NCBI GenBank assembly: GCA_030646915.1
Contig: JAUSKT010000021.1
Location: 19,707 to 83,706 of the forward strand
DNA: 64,000 bases
Direction: 5' to 3'
Source of the DNA: a bacterium
GTDB taxonomy: Bacteria > Patescibacteriota > Minisyncoccia > UBA6257 > 02-FULL-45-10c
The position numbers and the translations under genes are program-made. The notes below the pieces were generated by a model. It saw nothing but the letters and a program-made list of their open reading frames with translations. It was not told where the DNA came from and did not search any database. Of this stretch, positions 38,857-49,193 are shown in pieces. Each line of letters opens with the position of its first letter. Positions within the stretch are counted from its first letter, which is position 1.

Positions 38857-39840
38857 ATGAAAAAAAGAGCTTTTATAACCGGAATTACAGGGCAAGACGG
38901 TTCTTATTTAGCAGAACTGCTTTTATCAAAGGGATACGAAGTTCATGGACTGGTAAGAAGGTCTAGTACTTTTAACAGGGAAAGGATAGCTGATATATAT
39001 AAAAATCTTCAGAGTACGAAAAATATTTTTTTGCATTATGGCGATCTTTCCGATTCGAGTAATTTGGCGCGATTGATTGTTAAAATTGATCCTAATGAAA
39101 TATATAATCTTGGAGCGCAAAGTCACGTCGGGATTAGTTTTGATATGCCGGAATACACTTCGGATGTTGATGCGCTTGGAGCATTAAGGCTTCTTGAGGC
39201 AATAAAGGAATCCCATATTAAATGCAGATTTTATCAGGCTTCTTCTTCGGAAATGTTTGGAAATTCTCGCCAAAGAATTCAAAATGAAGAAACGCCATTT
39301 TCTCCAAGGAGTCCGTATGGAGTTGCAAAAGTTTTTGCTTATTTAATAACTAAAAACTTCAGGGAAGCTTACGGACTTTTTGCCTGCAATGGGATTTTAT
39401 TTAATCATGAATCTCCGAGAAGAGGTGAGAATTTTGTGACAAAAAAGATTTCTAGGGGCGTAGCTGAGATTGCTCTCGGTAAAAAGGATAAAATTTATTT
39501 AGGAAATTTGAATGCCAAGCGCGATTGGGGTTATGCCCCGGAATATGTTGAAGCAATGTGGCTTATGCTTCAGCAGAAAAAGCCGGATGATTATGTAATT
39601 GCAACTGGCGAAGCACATTCAGTCCGAGAATTTGCTGAGGAAGCATTTCGGTGTATAGGGATAAAGAATTGGAAAAAATATATAGAAATTGATAAGAGGT
39701 ACTATCGTCCGACAGAAGTTGATTCGCTTACTGGTGATGCTTCAAAAGCTAAAAAAATCTTGAAATGGCACCCAAAAACTAAATTTAAAGATTTAGTTAA
39801 AATAATGGTGGAAGCTGATTTAAATTTTCTAAAAAAGTAA
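38857..39840 (+). CDS. gmd: GDP-mannose 4,6-dehydratase (paralog 1)
   Basis: [28 protein letters not shown]; YGVAKV (YxxxK); NHESPRRG. Confidence 0.92.
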   Translation: MKKRAFITGITGQDGSYLAELLLSKGYEVHGLVRRSSTFNRERIADIYKNLQSTKNIFLHYGDLSDSSNLARLIVKIDPNEIYNLGAQSHVGISFDMPEYTSDVDALGALRLLEAIKESHIKCRFYQASSSEMFGNSRQRIQNEETPFSPRSPYGVAKVFAYLITKNFREAYGLFACNGILFNHESPRRGENFVTKKISRGVAEIALGKKDKIYLGNLNAKRDWGYAPEYVEAMWLMLQQKKPDDYVIATGEAHSVREFAEEAFRCIGIKNWKKYIEIDKRYYRPTEVDSLTGDASKAKKILKWHPKTKFKDLVKIMVEADLNFLKK

Positions 39841-39845
39841 AATAA

Positions 39846-39876
39846 TAAAAAAGCCGCACTTTAGCGCGGCTTTTTC
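39846..39876. terminator. bidirectional intrinsic terminator (A-run, hairpin, U-run)
   Basis: aaaaagccgcactttagcgcggcttttt between convergent genes. Confidence 0.7.
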
Positions 39877-39880
39877 AATT

Positions 39881-40201
39881 TTAATCATTAAATGGTAGAT
39901 ATAAATCTCCAATTTGCCAATCTGCTACCCCTTTAATAATATCAGCCATTTCTTTATGTTTTGGATGCGCTTGGAATGCTTTAAAAGCATCATTATTTTC
40001 AAAGACAGCTATTTCTACTAAATCTACGTTTTTACGAAGATCCAAATTCCAATTAACTTTCCAAAAAATAATTCCAGCCTCTTCTCCGCCACAATCTTTA
40101 TCTAGCGTTTGATAACGATTACAAATTTCTTGTTTTACTGTCTCTGGAGTGTCTGGCTTGAATGAAATTAATACCACGTGCCATAGTTTATTTTGTTCCA
40201 T
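39881..40201 (-). CDS. Dabb-family stress-responsive alpha/beta-barrel protein (copy 1)
   Basis: WHVVLISFKP...VDLVEIAVFEN. 106 aa. Paralog of 45039-45368. Confidence 0.75.
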   Translation of the reverse strand: MEQNKLWHVVLISFKPDTPETVKQEICNRYQTLDKDCGGEEAGIIFWKVNWNLDLRKNVDLVEIAVFENNDAFKAFQAHPKHKEMADIIKGVADWQIGDLYLPFND

Positions 40202-40246
40202 AGTTTATTCATAAAACATAGATAAAATATCAGAAGTTTCATAGAT

Positions 40247-41365
40247 ATGGTTAATTTTAAAAAATCAGCGAAAGTTTGCTTTGTTATCCCTGAATACGAC
40301 CCAGATATCTCAACCCATTTTAATTATTTATATGATTTTATTAAAGTTTTATTTTCAGATTTTGATATTTTTTTATTGATAGAGAAAGGAGCTGGAATGC
40401 CGAATTTCGCGGATCCAAATAGGGTTTACATCCAGAAATTTAAATTTACTCCGTTAAGAATTATAGAGAATTTTTTAGTTATTTTTTATATCAGGCTGAT
40501 CGGCTATAGAGATTTTTACATCCACTATTCTTTTTTATCCGCCTTTAACGCCTCTTTAATTTCAAAGTTTGTAGGAGGAAGAACTTTTTATTGGAATTGC
40601 GGTTTACCGTGGCTTTACTCCAGAAATTATTTTCGGGAAAAATTTGAACGCGCAGCGTATCGTTTAGTTACTTTTTTAGTAACCGGTACAGAGGGATTAA
40701 AAAATCAATATGCCAAGCATTATCAATTGGGGCTTTCTAAAATTAAAGTGCTTCCAAATTGGATCAATGTTAACCAATTCCATAAGCAATTTGAGATTAT
40801 CCAAGATTTAAAATTAAAGCTAAACATTTCTCCGAAAGATAAGGTTATATTATTTGTCCATCGGTTATCCAATAGAAAAGGAGCTCATTATCTTCCTAGG
40901 ATTATACAGGGCCTGGAAAACGAGAAAGTAGTATTACTAATCGTCGGCGGGGGACCGGAAAGAGAAAAGATTGAATTGGAAATTAGGAAGTCTAGACTAG
41001 AAAAAAAAGTTCGTTTTTTAAATTCTATTCCTAATAAAGAAATCCAAAATTATTTTGGCATAGCAGATATATTTATTATGCCGTCAGAAGAAGAGGGTTT
41101 CCCGCATGTGCTTTTAGAGGCGATGGTCGTTGGCGTTCCTTTTGTGGCGTTTGATGTGGGGGGCGTAAAGGAAATTTCTCCGCCGGAATCTTTAGGATAT
41201 ATCGTAGCTCCTTATGATATAAAAAGTTTTTCTAACAAAATAAAAGAACTTTTGCATTATAATGGAGATCGGATTGCAAAATTGTCTGAAATTGAACAAA
41301 GTTGGGTAAAACAGTTTGATTTATCGATTACCCTTGATAAATTCAAGGATATAATATTAAAATAA
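40247..41365 (+). CDS. glycosyltransferase family 4 (GT-B)
   Basis: EEEGFPHVLLEAMVVGVPFVAFDVGGVKEI. Confidence 0.88.
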   Translation: MVNFKKSAKVCFVIPEYDPDISTHFNYLYDFIKVLFSDFDIFLLIEKGAGMPNFADPNRVYIQKFKFTPLRIIENFLVIFYIRLIGYRDFYIHYSFLSAFNASLISKFVGGRTFYWNCGLPWLYSRNYFREKFERAAYRLVTFLVTGTEGLKNQYAKHYQLGLSKIKVLPNWINVNQFHKQFEIIQDLKLKLNISPKDKVILFVHRLSNRKGAHYLPRIIQGLENEKVVLLIVGGGPEREKIELEIRKSRLEKKVRFLNSIPNKEIQNYFGIADIFIMPSEEEGFPHVLLEAMVVGVPFVAFDVGGVKEISPPESLGYIVAPYDIKSFSNKIKELLHYNGDRIAKLSEIEQSWVKQFDLSITLDKFKDIILK

Positions 41366-41387
41366 ATAATTTGGAATAATATAATTT

Positions 41388-42386
41388 ATGGCGAACAAGA
41401 AAACAGCTTTAATTACCGGCATAACCGGCCAGGACGGATCATATCTAGCCGAACTGCTTTTATCAAAGGGATATGAAGTTCATGGAGTTATGAGGCGGTC
41501 AAGCTCCCTTAATATCGGGAGAATAGAACATATTTTTGATTTTAATGATGTTAGAGAAAAAACCCATTTGCATTATGGAGATTTAGCAGAAGGAATTGAT
41601 CATTTACTTTATGAATTGCAGCCAGATGAAGTTTATAATCTTGGTGCTATGAGCCATGTTAAGATTTCTTTTGATATCCCAATTTATACTGGGGACATCA
41701 CTGGATTGGGAGCAGCCAGAATTTTAGAAGGTATCCACAAGCTTGGTTTGACTCAAAAAACTAAATTTTATCAGGCTTCGTCTAGCGAAATGTTTGGCAT
41801 TACTCCGCCTCCTCAATCAGAAACTAGCCCATTTAATCCAGTTTCGCCTTATGGATGTGCAAAGCTTTATGCTTACTATATGACTAAAGCTTACCGTACT
41901 GGCTATGGAATTTTTGCGGCTAATGGAATTCTTTTTAATCATGAAAGCGAGAGAAGGGGTATGAATTTTGTAACTAGGAAAATAACTCGTGGAGTAGCAA
42001 GAATAAAACTGGGATTGCAGGATAAGCTGATTCTTGGAAACTTGGATGCTAAAAGGGATTGGGGGCATAGCCGCGATTATATGGAAGCTATATATATGAT
42101 TATGCAGCACGATAAACCAGAAGATTGGGTGGTGGCGACCGGCGAATATCATACTGTCAGAGAATTTATGGAAGAAGTTTTTAAATATTTCGGATTGGAT
42201 TGGGAAAAACATGTTGTCATTGATAAGGTTTATAATCGGCCTAATGAAGTGCCCGCGCTTTTAGGCGATGCTGCCAAGATTAAAAAAGTTTTAGGCTGGA
42301 AGCCGAAAGTTTCTTTTAAGGAATTGGTCAAAGTGATGTGTGACAGTGATTTTGAAAAAGAAAAAAAGGATTCTCATATAGCATAA
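41388..42386 (+). CDS. gmd: GDP-mannose 4,6-dehydratase (paralog 2)
   Basis: [28 protein letters not shown]; NHESERRG. A run of about 35 nt (gaactgcttttatcaaagggata[c/t]gaagttcatgga) is near-identical to paralog 1. Confidence 0.92.
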   Translation: MANKKTALITGITGQDGSYLAELLLSKGYEVHGVMRRSSSLNIGRIEHIFDFNDVREKTHLHYGDLAEGIDHLLYELQPDEVYNLGAMSHVKISFDIPIYTGDITGLGAARILEGIHKLGLTQKTKFYQASSSEMFGITPPPQSETSPFNPVSPYGCAKLYAYYMTKAYRTGYGIFAANGILFNHESERRGMNFVTRKITRGVARIKLGLQDKLILGNLDAKRDWGHSRDYMEAIYMIMQHDKPEDWVVATGEYHTVREFMEEVFKYFGLDWEKHVVIDKVYNRPNEVPALLGDAAKIKKVLGWKPKVSFKELVKVMCDSDFEKEKKDSHIA

Positions 42387-43601
42387 ATGAAAGTTTTTTT
42401 AATCACTTCCAAATTAAGTTTTAAAACTGGCGGCGGCTCAATCATAGAAATGGATCTTACGGCCCGCGAACTTCAGCGGCTTGGCAATGACGTCACGGTC
42501 ATAACTATTTTTTCTCAGCATAATGAGATACTAAAACCTCTGCCTTATAAAGTAATTGAAGAACAGATTAAATCTGGAAAACAACTAGATATCTTATTTG
42601 GTCTTTTAAGAATACTCAGAAAATATTCTAATAAGGCGGATGCATTTCACATTGACGGCTTTATGCTTTATGGCGGCGGATTGTATCGGCGACTTGGCGG
42701 CAAAGTGCCGATCCTCTGTTTCATCAACCGGGAGCTGACCGCTTGGCCGGATGAAACGAATTCTTTTTTTCAAAATTCTGCGGCTAGCTCATTTCTTAAC
42801 GGCCTTAAAAGAAAAATCCGCTGGTATATTGAACGCCATATTTTTATTTATTTTGCCAACGGATTGGATTTCGCCACATTTGAAAATCCTTTTTTGGAAC
42901 AAAAATACGTGGATTTCGGTTTGAAATTAAAATCCGTCGGGAAGACCCTCATCATCGGCGGCCCGTATCCTTTCAGTAAAGTCATGAAGGAAAACGGCAT
43001 CACCGAAGATTCTTACCGCAAGCGGAACAAAAAGACCGGCAAAATAACTCTCTTATTTTCCGGAAGAATGGTGGCGGGAAAAGGATTTGATTTTATCATC
43101 ACGGCATTTTCTAAAATCAAAAATAAGGATAATTTTCGCCTGGTTTTGACTGGAAGCGGCCCGGAAGAGAATCTAGTTCGGCAATTAATCAAGGATTTAA
43201 ATCTTGATTCTTACGTGGAATTGCCTGGTTGGATTTCTAGGGCAGAACTGAATGATATTCTGAAAAAAACTGACATATTTATTCAGCCTCTTTGGCGACC
43301 ATTTTTATCTTCATTGGCACTTTCAGAGGCTATGGCATTCGGCATACCATCTATTGTTCCTAGTGGAGGTGGATTGGCTTTTGTAGCTGGAGACAGTTGC
43401 TTAACCTTCAAGCCAGGGAATGTGGATGATCTGGCTGCTCAGCTTGAGAAACTCGGTTCCGATTACGATCTGCGCGCGGAGCTTTCGCACCAATGTTATA
43501 TTCGGCTTAATAAAGAAGATGTCAGTTATGAAAAAACTATGCCCAAGATAAGTAAAATTTTACAGGATTTGGCAGCTAAATCGAAAAAGAAACATCTTTA
43601 A
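42387..43601 (+). CDS. glycosyltransferase, GT-B fold (GT4-like)
   Basis: LSEAMAFGIPSIVPSGGGLAFVAGD. Patchy higher GC. Confidence 0.7.
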   Translation: MKVFLITSKLSFKTGGGSIIEMDLTARELQRLGNDVTVITIFSQHNEILKPLPYKVIEEQIKSGKQLDILFGLLRILRKYSNKADAFHIDGFMLYGGGLYRRLGGKVPILCFINRELTAWPDETNSFFQNSAASSFLNGLKRKIRWYIERHIFIYFANGLDFATFENPFLEQKYVDFGLKLKSVGKTLIIGGPYPFSKVMKENGITEDSYRKRNKKTGKITLLFSGRMVAGKGFDFIITAFSKIKNKDNFRLVLTGSGPEENLVRQLIKDLNLDSYVELPGWISRAELNDILKKTDIFIQPLWRPFLSSLALSEAMAFGIPSIVPSGGGLAFVAGDSCLTFKPGNVDDLAAQLEKLGSDYDLRAELSHQCYIRLNKEDVSYEKTMPKISKILQDLAAKSKKKHL

Positions 43602-43643
43602 TTTTATTTTGGAAATTGGAGTATGTGTGATAAATTATAAAAT

Positions 43644-44936
43644 ATGAAAAATCCGAATTATACAACTATAAAAAAATGCCGGATTTGCGGCAATTCTAAT
43701 TTAGTTAAAGTTTTAGATTTTGGCAGGCGGCATATAGGATGCACTCCTGTTAAAAGCAATAAAAATAATAAACTGGCAAAAATAAAAATCCCGCTAGTTG
43801 CTGTTCTTTGTGATCGACGGAAGAATAAATCCGCTTGCGGCGCCGTGCAATTATTGAACACGGTGAACGGAGACCTGGTATACCGGAATATCTTTTATAG
43901 GACGGCGACTAATCCCATGATGCGTGATGCCATGAATAATGTAGTGAAAGATTGCATGGGAAAATTAAATCTGAAGAAGGATGATTATGTTCTGGATATC
44001 GGTTCCAATGACGGCACCCTGTTGACTTATTATCCGAGTTATCTGAAAAGGATCGGCATAGATCCGACTCTGAATATTGATTTCAGTAAATTAGACCCTT
44101 CTATAAAAACCGTAACAGATTATTTTTCCAAAAAAGCCGCTCTCAAAGCCAGTGATGGCACTCTTTATAAAGCAATCACCGCAATCGCTATGTTTTATGA
44201 TTTGGATGATCCTCTCGCCTTCCTTTCGGAAATAGAATCTTCCTTGGCACTAGACGGAATTTTCTGCGTACAAATGAGTTACTTGCCAACTTCTCTTAAA
44301 ACGCTGAATTTTTATGATGTTATTCATGAGCATCTTTTGTATTATACGCTCAGTGTATTTAATCACTTAGTGGAAAAAAGTAATCTTTATATTTTTGATG
44401 TTTCTTTTAATGATGTAAATGGTGGAAGTATCAGGGTTTTTCTGACCCATAAAAACAATGTCCGGCCAGTTTCTTCGGAGGTCAATAAAATTCTCAAAAC
44501 CGAAAGTTCGATGAAGTTATCTGATATTTCTACTTATAAAGAATTTTCTAAAAAAATCCAAAATCTTAAGAAAGTTACCCGCCAGGTGATTTTAAATGAA
44601 ATAAAGAATGGCAGTTTAATGATCGGTCTTGGCTCTTCCAATAAAGGCAATACTCTTCTTGAATTTTTTGATATTGATAAGAAATTATTGCCTTACATCG
44701 GCGACAGGAATCCGGAAAAATTTGGCCTGAGAACCGTAGGAACGGATATTGAATTAATTTCTGAAGAAGATGCGAGAAAGTTAAACCCTTCTTGTATGTT
44801 GGTATTAATCTGGTTTTTTAAGGATGAAGTTTTAAAGCGGGAGAAGGAATATCTAGAAAAAGGAGGGAAATTATTATTTCCAATGCCATATCCTTATTTT
44901 GTTACTAAAGATGGAGAGAAAAAAATTGATTGGTAG
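43644..44936 (+). CDS. SAM-dependent NDP-hexose C-methyltransferase-like protein (TylCIII/EryBIII-type with N-terminal zinc ribbon)
   Basis: N-terminal CRICGNS...LDFG ribbon. LDIGSNDGTL methyltransferase motif. About 430 aa, as in this family. Confidence 0.65.
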   Translation: MKNPNYTTIKKCRICGNSNLVKVLDFGRRHIGCTPVKSNKNNKLAKIKIPLVAVLCDRRKNKSACGAVQLLNTVNGDLVYRNIFYRTATNPMMRDAMNNVVKDCMGKLNLKKDDYVLDIGSNDGTLLTYYPSYLKRIGIDPTLNIDFSKLDPSIKTVTDYFSKKAALKASDGTLYKAITAIAMFYDLDDPLAFLSEIESSLALDGIFCVQMSYLPTSLKTLNFYDVIHEHLLYYTLSVFNHLVEKSNLYIFDVSFNDVNGGSIRVFLTHKNNVRPVSSEVNKILKTESSMKLSDISTYKEFSKKIQNLKKVTRQVILNEIKNGSLMIGLGSSNKGNTLLEFFDIDKKLLPYIGDRNPEKFGLRTVGTDIELISEEDARKLNPSCMLVLIWFFKDEVLKREKEYLEKGGKLLFPMPYPYFVTKDGEKKIDW

Positions 44937-45009
44937 GTGAAATAATTTTGTAAAATTAATTATTGAACTTGATTTTAAAGTTAATTATCCTAAATATTTT
45001 TTAAAATAA

Positions 45010-45038
45010 AAAAAGCCGCATGTAAGTGCGGCTTTTTG
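45010..45038. terminator. bidirectional intrinsic terminator
   Basis: aaaaaagccgca-tgtaag-tgcggcttttt. Confidence 0.7.
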
Positions 45039-45368
45039 TTACAATTTACGCGATAATTGAAAATAAATATCGCCAACCTGCCAATCAGCGGCATTTTTAA
45101 GAATATCAGTCAGTTCTTTATGTTTTGGGTGCGTTCTAAATGCCTGTAGAGCATTATTATTTTCAAAAGCAGCTATTTCTACTAAATCTACGTTTTTGCG
45201 AAGATCCAGATTCCAGTCAACTTTCCAAAAGATGATTCCAGCTTTTTCTCCACCACAATCCTTATCAAGAGTTTGATATCGATCGTAAATTTCTTGTTTG
45301 AATATTTCTGAGGCCCCTGGTTTAAATGAAATTAATACTACGTGCCATAATTTATTTTGTTCCACCAA
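45039..45368 (-). CDS. Dabb-family stress-responsive alpha/beta-barrel protein (copy 2)
   Basis: About 75% aa identity to copy 1. A near-identical nucleotide stretch includes gctatttctactaaatctacgttttt. Confidence 0.75.
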   Translation of the reverse strand: MVEQNKLWHVVLISFKPGASEIFKQEIYDRYQTLDKDCGGEKAGIIFWKVDWNLDLRKNVDLVEIAAFENNNALQAFRTHPKHKELTDILKNAADWQVGDIYFQLSRKL

Positions 45369-45550
45369 ACCGCCTCTTCAATTCTCTTTATCTTTCTGGT
45401 AAAAAGATTATCACAAAAATAATATTTTTGTCAATTAATAAAAATAGATTTTTAACTGTTGTAACCCCCACTTCTCGTTTTAAGTTAAATGGGTGTATAG
45501 AATTCAAGTATTATTGAGATAAGCCCTATATAAGTGCTAAAATTATTCAT

Positions 45551-46264
45551 ATGTTAAATAAGCAAAAACTATCTTTATCCATATTTTTTCCTTGTTATAA
45601 CGATAAGGGCACCATTGCTTTTATGGTTTTGGAGGCTAAAAAAGTTGCTCAGCAGCTTACGAATGATTTTGAAATTATTGTAATAGATGACGGATCAACA
45701 GATGGAAGCCGGGAATTGCTTTCTGCTCTTAAGGAACAAGTTCCTGAATTAAAATTGGTTTTTCATGAAAAAAATGGCGGCTATGGCGCTGCATTGCGAA
45801 GCGGTTTTAAAGCGGCTACGAAAGAACTGGTTTTTTACACTGACGGAGACGCGCAATATGACGTGAGAGAATTGCCATTATTGCTTTCAAAATTAACTCC
45901 AGATGTTGATATTGTAAATGGCTACAAGATTAAAAGATCCGATCCTTTGCACCGCATTATTGTCGGATATATTTATCAATATGTAATGAAATTGGTTTTT
46001 TGGCTACCGATCAAGGATCCTGATTGTGATTTTCGGCTTATTCGGAGAAAAGTCTTTGATAAAGTAAGCCTACAAAGCTCAACCGGAACTATTACTATAG
46101 AACTTGTTAAAAAGATCCAGCAAGCCGGTTTTCGTTTTAGCGAAGTTGGGGTTCATCATTATTTTCGCATTTACGGCAAATCACAATTTTTTAATTTTAA
46201 GCGCGTATTCAAGACTTTATGGAAATTGATGTTTTTATGGCTTGAGCTTATGATTTTATCATAA
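45551..46264 (+). CDS. GT2 polyprenyl-phosphate glycosyltransferase (Dpm1-like)
   Basis: LSIFFPCYNDKGTI; IVIDDGSTDGS; TDGDAQYD. Confidence 0.85.
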   Translation: MLNKQKLSLSIFFPCYNDKGTIAFMVLEAKKVAQQLTNDFEIIVIDDGSTDGSRELLSALKEQVPELKLVFHEKNGGYGAALRSGFKAATKELVFYTDGDAQYDVRELPLLLSKLTPDVDIVNGYKIKRSDPLHRIIVGYIYQYVMKLVFWLPIKDPDCDFRLIRRKVFDKVSLQSSTGTITIELVKKIQQAGFRFSEVGVHHYFRIYGKSQFFNFKRVFKTLWKLMFLWLELMILS

Positions 46265-46266
46265 TT

Positions 46267-46860
46267 ATGAACATATTACTTAAGGCATTGGCGTCTCGGC
46301 CAGAAATTTCTATTTTTCTCCGTAAAATCGTGGAGATTAATTTTCGAAATCAGAAAAAAATTATAAGACAGAACTTTGAGGCTAATCCAAGCGATCGCGT
46401 GCTAGATATTGGCTGCGGCACGGGCGAGTTTTCTCCCAGCTTTTCAAAAAGCAAATACGTTGGCATTGATATTGATCAAAAAAACATAACCTACGCGAAA
46501 AAACATTATAAAGGCGATTTTCGGGTTGCTGATGGCACGCAATTGCCATTTGAAAATGGAAGCTTTGATAAGATTTTAATAGTTGGAGTATTCCATCATC
46601 TTTCAACTGCGGACTGCAAATTAGTTTTTGGTGAGATGAAGCGAGTATTAAAAAAAGGAGGACAGATTTTGATTATGGAAGATACCAAGTCTGATAGATT
46701 TCTTGTTAAATTTATGCAGTCAGTTGATCAGGGAGCTTATATAAGGAATTTTTCTGAATGGAATTCTTTATTATCCAATAATTTCTATATTCAAAAATCA
46801 GGCTCTTTTAATAACGGCGCCTGCTTCTATTCCTATTTTTTGATCAAGGATTCTTCTTAG
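46267..46860 (+). CDS. class I SAM-dependent methyltransferase
   Basis: VLDIGCGTGEFS motif I. Confidence 0.75.
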   Translation: MNILLKALASRPEISIFLRKIVEINFRNQKKIIRQNFEANPSDRVLDIGCGTGEFSPSFSKSKYVGIDIDQKNITYAKKHYKGDFRVADGTQLPFENGSFDKILIVGVFHHLSTADCKLVFGEMKRVLKKGGQILIMEDTKSDRFLVKFMQSVDQGAYIRNFSEWNSLLSNNFYIQKSGSFNNGACFYSYFLIKDSS

Positions 46861-46906
46861 ATTTGATGAATTCGGCAAATAATGAGAATATTTAAATACT
46901 ATTTTT

Positions 46907-47335
46907 ATGATAAAAAATATAAAAGTAAAAAATTCAGGCATAGTTAAATTGCAATTTTTTGATGATTTTCCTGATGGTAATTTAGTTATTGGCGAGTCTG
47001 AAAGAAATATACCCTTTAAAATTAAAAGATTTTACTTTATTGATTATTTATTTAACCCTAAGGCTAACCGAGGTTTCCATGCTCATAAAAAGACTGAACA
47101 AATAATTTTCTGCATTAACGGCTCTTTTGAACTTAATTTGGATGATGGCCATGATAAGCAAAAAATTGTTATGACCGATCCGCATATTGGCATCCGATTA
47201 GGGCCGAAACTTTGGCATACCATGAAGAAATTTTCTCGGGATTGCGTTATTTTAGTTGTTGCAAATGATTTTTATAAAAAGTCTGATTATATACGGGATT
47301 ATCAAGAATTTTTAAGGTACATTAAAACCAAGTAG
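46907..47335 (+). CDS. dTDP-4-dehydro-6-deoxyglucose 3,4-ketoisomerase (FdtA/QdtA, WxcM-like cupin)
   Basis: RGFHAHKKTEQIIFCINGSFELNLDDG is characteristic of the FdtA cupin. 142 aa. Confidence 0.75.
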   Translation: MIKNIKVKNSGIVKLQFFDDFPDGNLVIGESERNIPFKIKRFYFIDYLFNPKANRGFHAHKKTEQIIFCINGSFELNLDDGHDKQKIVMTDPHIGIRLGPKLWHTMKKFSRDCVILVVANDFYKKSDYIRDYQEFLRYIKTK

Positions 47336-47338
47336 TTT

Positions 47339-48085
47339 ATGGAAAAACCGGTTTATGAAAGCATGTATCTGCACGAAGAGGATTTTTGGTGGTTTTTAGG
47401 AATGAGAAAAATTTCTGAAATTTTTCTGAGGAACTATATAATGCCTTCTGTTGATAATAAAATTTTAGATGCCGGTTGCGGCGGAGGCGGGAAATTTAAG
47501 ATGCTCAGTCAATATGGAAAAGTTTATGGAATTGATATTTCACAAGAGGCATTGAAATATTCAAGATTAAGAAATATTGCTGAAGTATCTTATGGATCGG
47601 TAGAAAAAATACCCATGGGGAATAATGAATTTAATCTGGTAAATTGTAATGATGTTTTATATCATAGTGAAGTCGGCAATGACGTTCTGGCAATGCAGGA
47701 ATTTGCCAGAGTACTCAAACCAGGTGGAATACTTTTTATCCGGGAGGCAGCATATGATTGGCTTCGCGGGCATAATGATAAAGTAGTATGGGTAAAGCAC
47801 CGATATTCAAAAAGAGAAATTATTTCAAAGTTAGAAGCAAATGGTTTTGAAATATTAAGGATCAGTTATGTCAATTGTTTCCTTTTCCCCATTGCTTTAA
47901 TTGTCAGGCTTTTTGAGCGGGCGATTAATCGGAATGACATCCCTGAAGATATTTATAATCCGCCTTTTTTATTGAATTCATTATTTACGCGCATACTTAA
48001 TGCCGAAGCAACTGTATTATCATTTATGAATTTGCCCTTCGGTCTATCCATTGCCTGTGTAGCTAGAAAGAAAAAAACGGTTTAA
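47339..48085 (+). CDS. class I SAM-dependent methyltransferase
   Basis: ILDAGCGGGGKFKML motif I. Confidence 0.75.
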   Translation: MEKPVYESMYLHEEDFWWFLGMRKISEIFLRNYIMPSVDNKILDAGCGGGGKFKMLSQYGKVYGIDISQEALKYSRLRNIAEVSYGSVEKIPMGNNEFNLVNCNDVLYHSEVGNDVLAMQEFARVLKPGGILFIREAAYDWLRGHNDKVVWVKHRYSKREIISKLEANGFEILRISYVNCFLFPIALIVRLFERAINRNDIPEDIYNPPFLLNSLFTRILNAEATVLSFMNLPFGLSIACVARKKKTV

Positions 48086-48107
48086 GATTGAAACAAGTTC
48101 TATTATT

Positions 48108-49193
48108 ATGATTCCATTTGTAGACTTTACCCGAGAATATAAGGAAATAGGGAAGGAAATCGATGTCGCCATTAAGGAAGTTTTGGAACGGGGTTTTTTT
48201 ATTTTGGGTCCGGAATTAGAAAATTTTGAGAAAAAATTTGCAGAATATTGCGACGCCAAATATTGCGTGGGCGTAAATTCTGGAACTGACGCTTTATATC
48301 TGAGTTTGTTATGCGCAGGCATAGGTCCGGGGGATGAGGTGATAGTGCCGGTTAATACTGCCGTGCCTACGGCTATGGCCGTTTCCATGAGTGGAGCTAA
48401 GCCGGTTTTTGCAGATTGCGACGAGAATTTTTTGATTGATATTGATAAAATTCCCCAGCTTTTGACAAAAAAAACCAAAGCAATCATGCCAGTGCATCTT
48501 TATGGCCGGGCTTGCGACATGGGCCGTTTAAAAAAGTTGGCGGTTGCCAATAAATTATTTTTAATTGAAGATTGCGCCCAGTCTGCCGGCGCGGAATGGG
48601 ACGGAAAAAAAGTAGGAACTTTGGGAGATTTCGGATGCTTCAGTTTTTATCCGACAAAAAATCTCGGAGCTTACGGAGACGGAGGAGCGGTAATTATAAA
48701 TAATGAAGATTATTACAAAAAATTGCTCGCCTCCCGTTTTTATGGGCAGGCTGACCGGGTCCATTGTTCTGGATTCGGCATTAACAGCAGGCTGGATGAA
48801 ATCCAAGCCGCTATTTTAAATGCCAAACTTAAGCATCTTGATATTTGGAATAATGCAAGGCAAAAAATTGCCGATTTATATAGGAAATTAATAACCAATC
48901 CAAAAATTATTTTGCCGGCTGCCAGTAACGATAATAATCATATTTATCATCTTTTTGTCATAAGAGCTCCCAAAAGAGATTCGCTTAAAAAAATCCTTGA
49001 AGATAAAGGTATTAAAACAGCAATTCATTATCCCGCACCCCTTTCTCGGCATTCTTTTTTTGCCGGCGCAAAACAAGAATTATTTCCTATGGCGGACCAA
49101 TATGCTGGAGAAATACTTTCGTTGCCTATGCATCCTTTCTTAGAAGAATCTGAAATCAGGGAAATCGCCGACGTTTTAAATAATTATGCATAA
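48108..49193 (+). CDS. DegT-family PLP-dependent aminotransferase (FdtB/QdtB-like, dTDP-3-keto-6-deoxyhexose 3-aminotransferase)
   Basis: FVDFTREYKEIGKEIDVAIKEVLERGFFILGPELENFEKKFAEY. Adjacent to the FdtA-like gene. Confidence 0.8.
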   Translation: MIPFVDFTREYKEIGKEIDVAIKEVLERGFFILGPELENFEKKFAEYCDAKYCVGVNSGTDALYLSLLCAGIGPGDEVIVPVNTAVPTAMAVSMSGAKPVFADCDENFLIDIDKIPQLLTKKTKAIMPVHLYGRACDMGRLKKLAVANKLFLIEDCAQSAGAEWDGKKVGTLGDFGCFSFYPTKNLGAYGDGGAVIINNEDYYKKLLASRFYGQADRVHCSGFGINSRLDEIQAAILNAKLKHLDIWNNARQKIADLYRKLITNPKIILPAASNDNNHIYHLFVIRAPKRDSLKKILEDKGIKTAIHYPAPLSRHSFFAGAKQELFPMADQYAGEILSLPMHPFLEESEIREIADVLNNYA

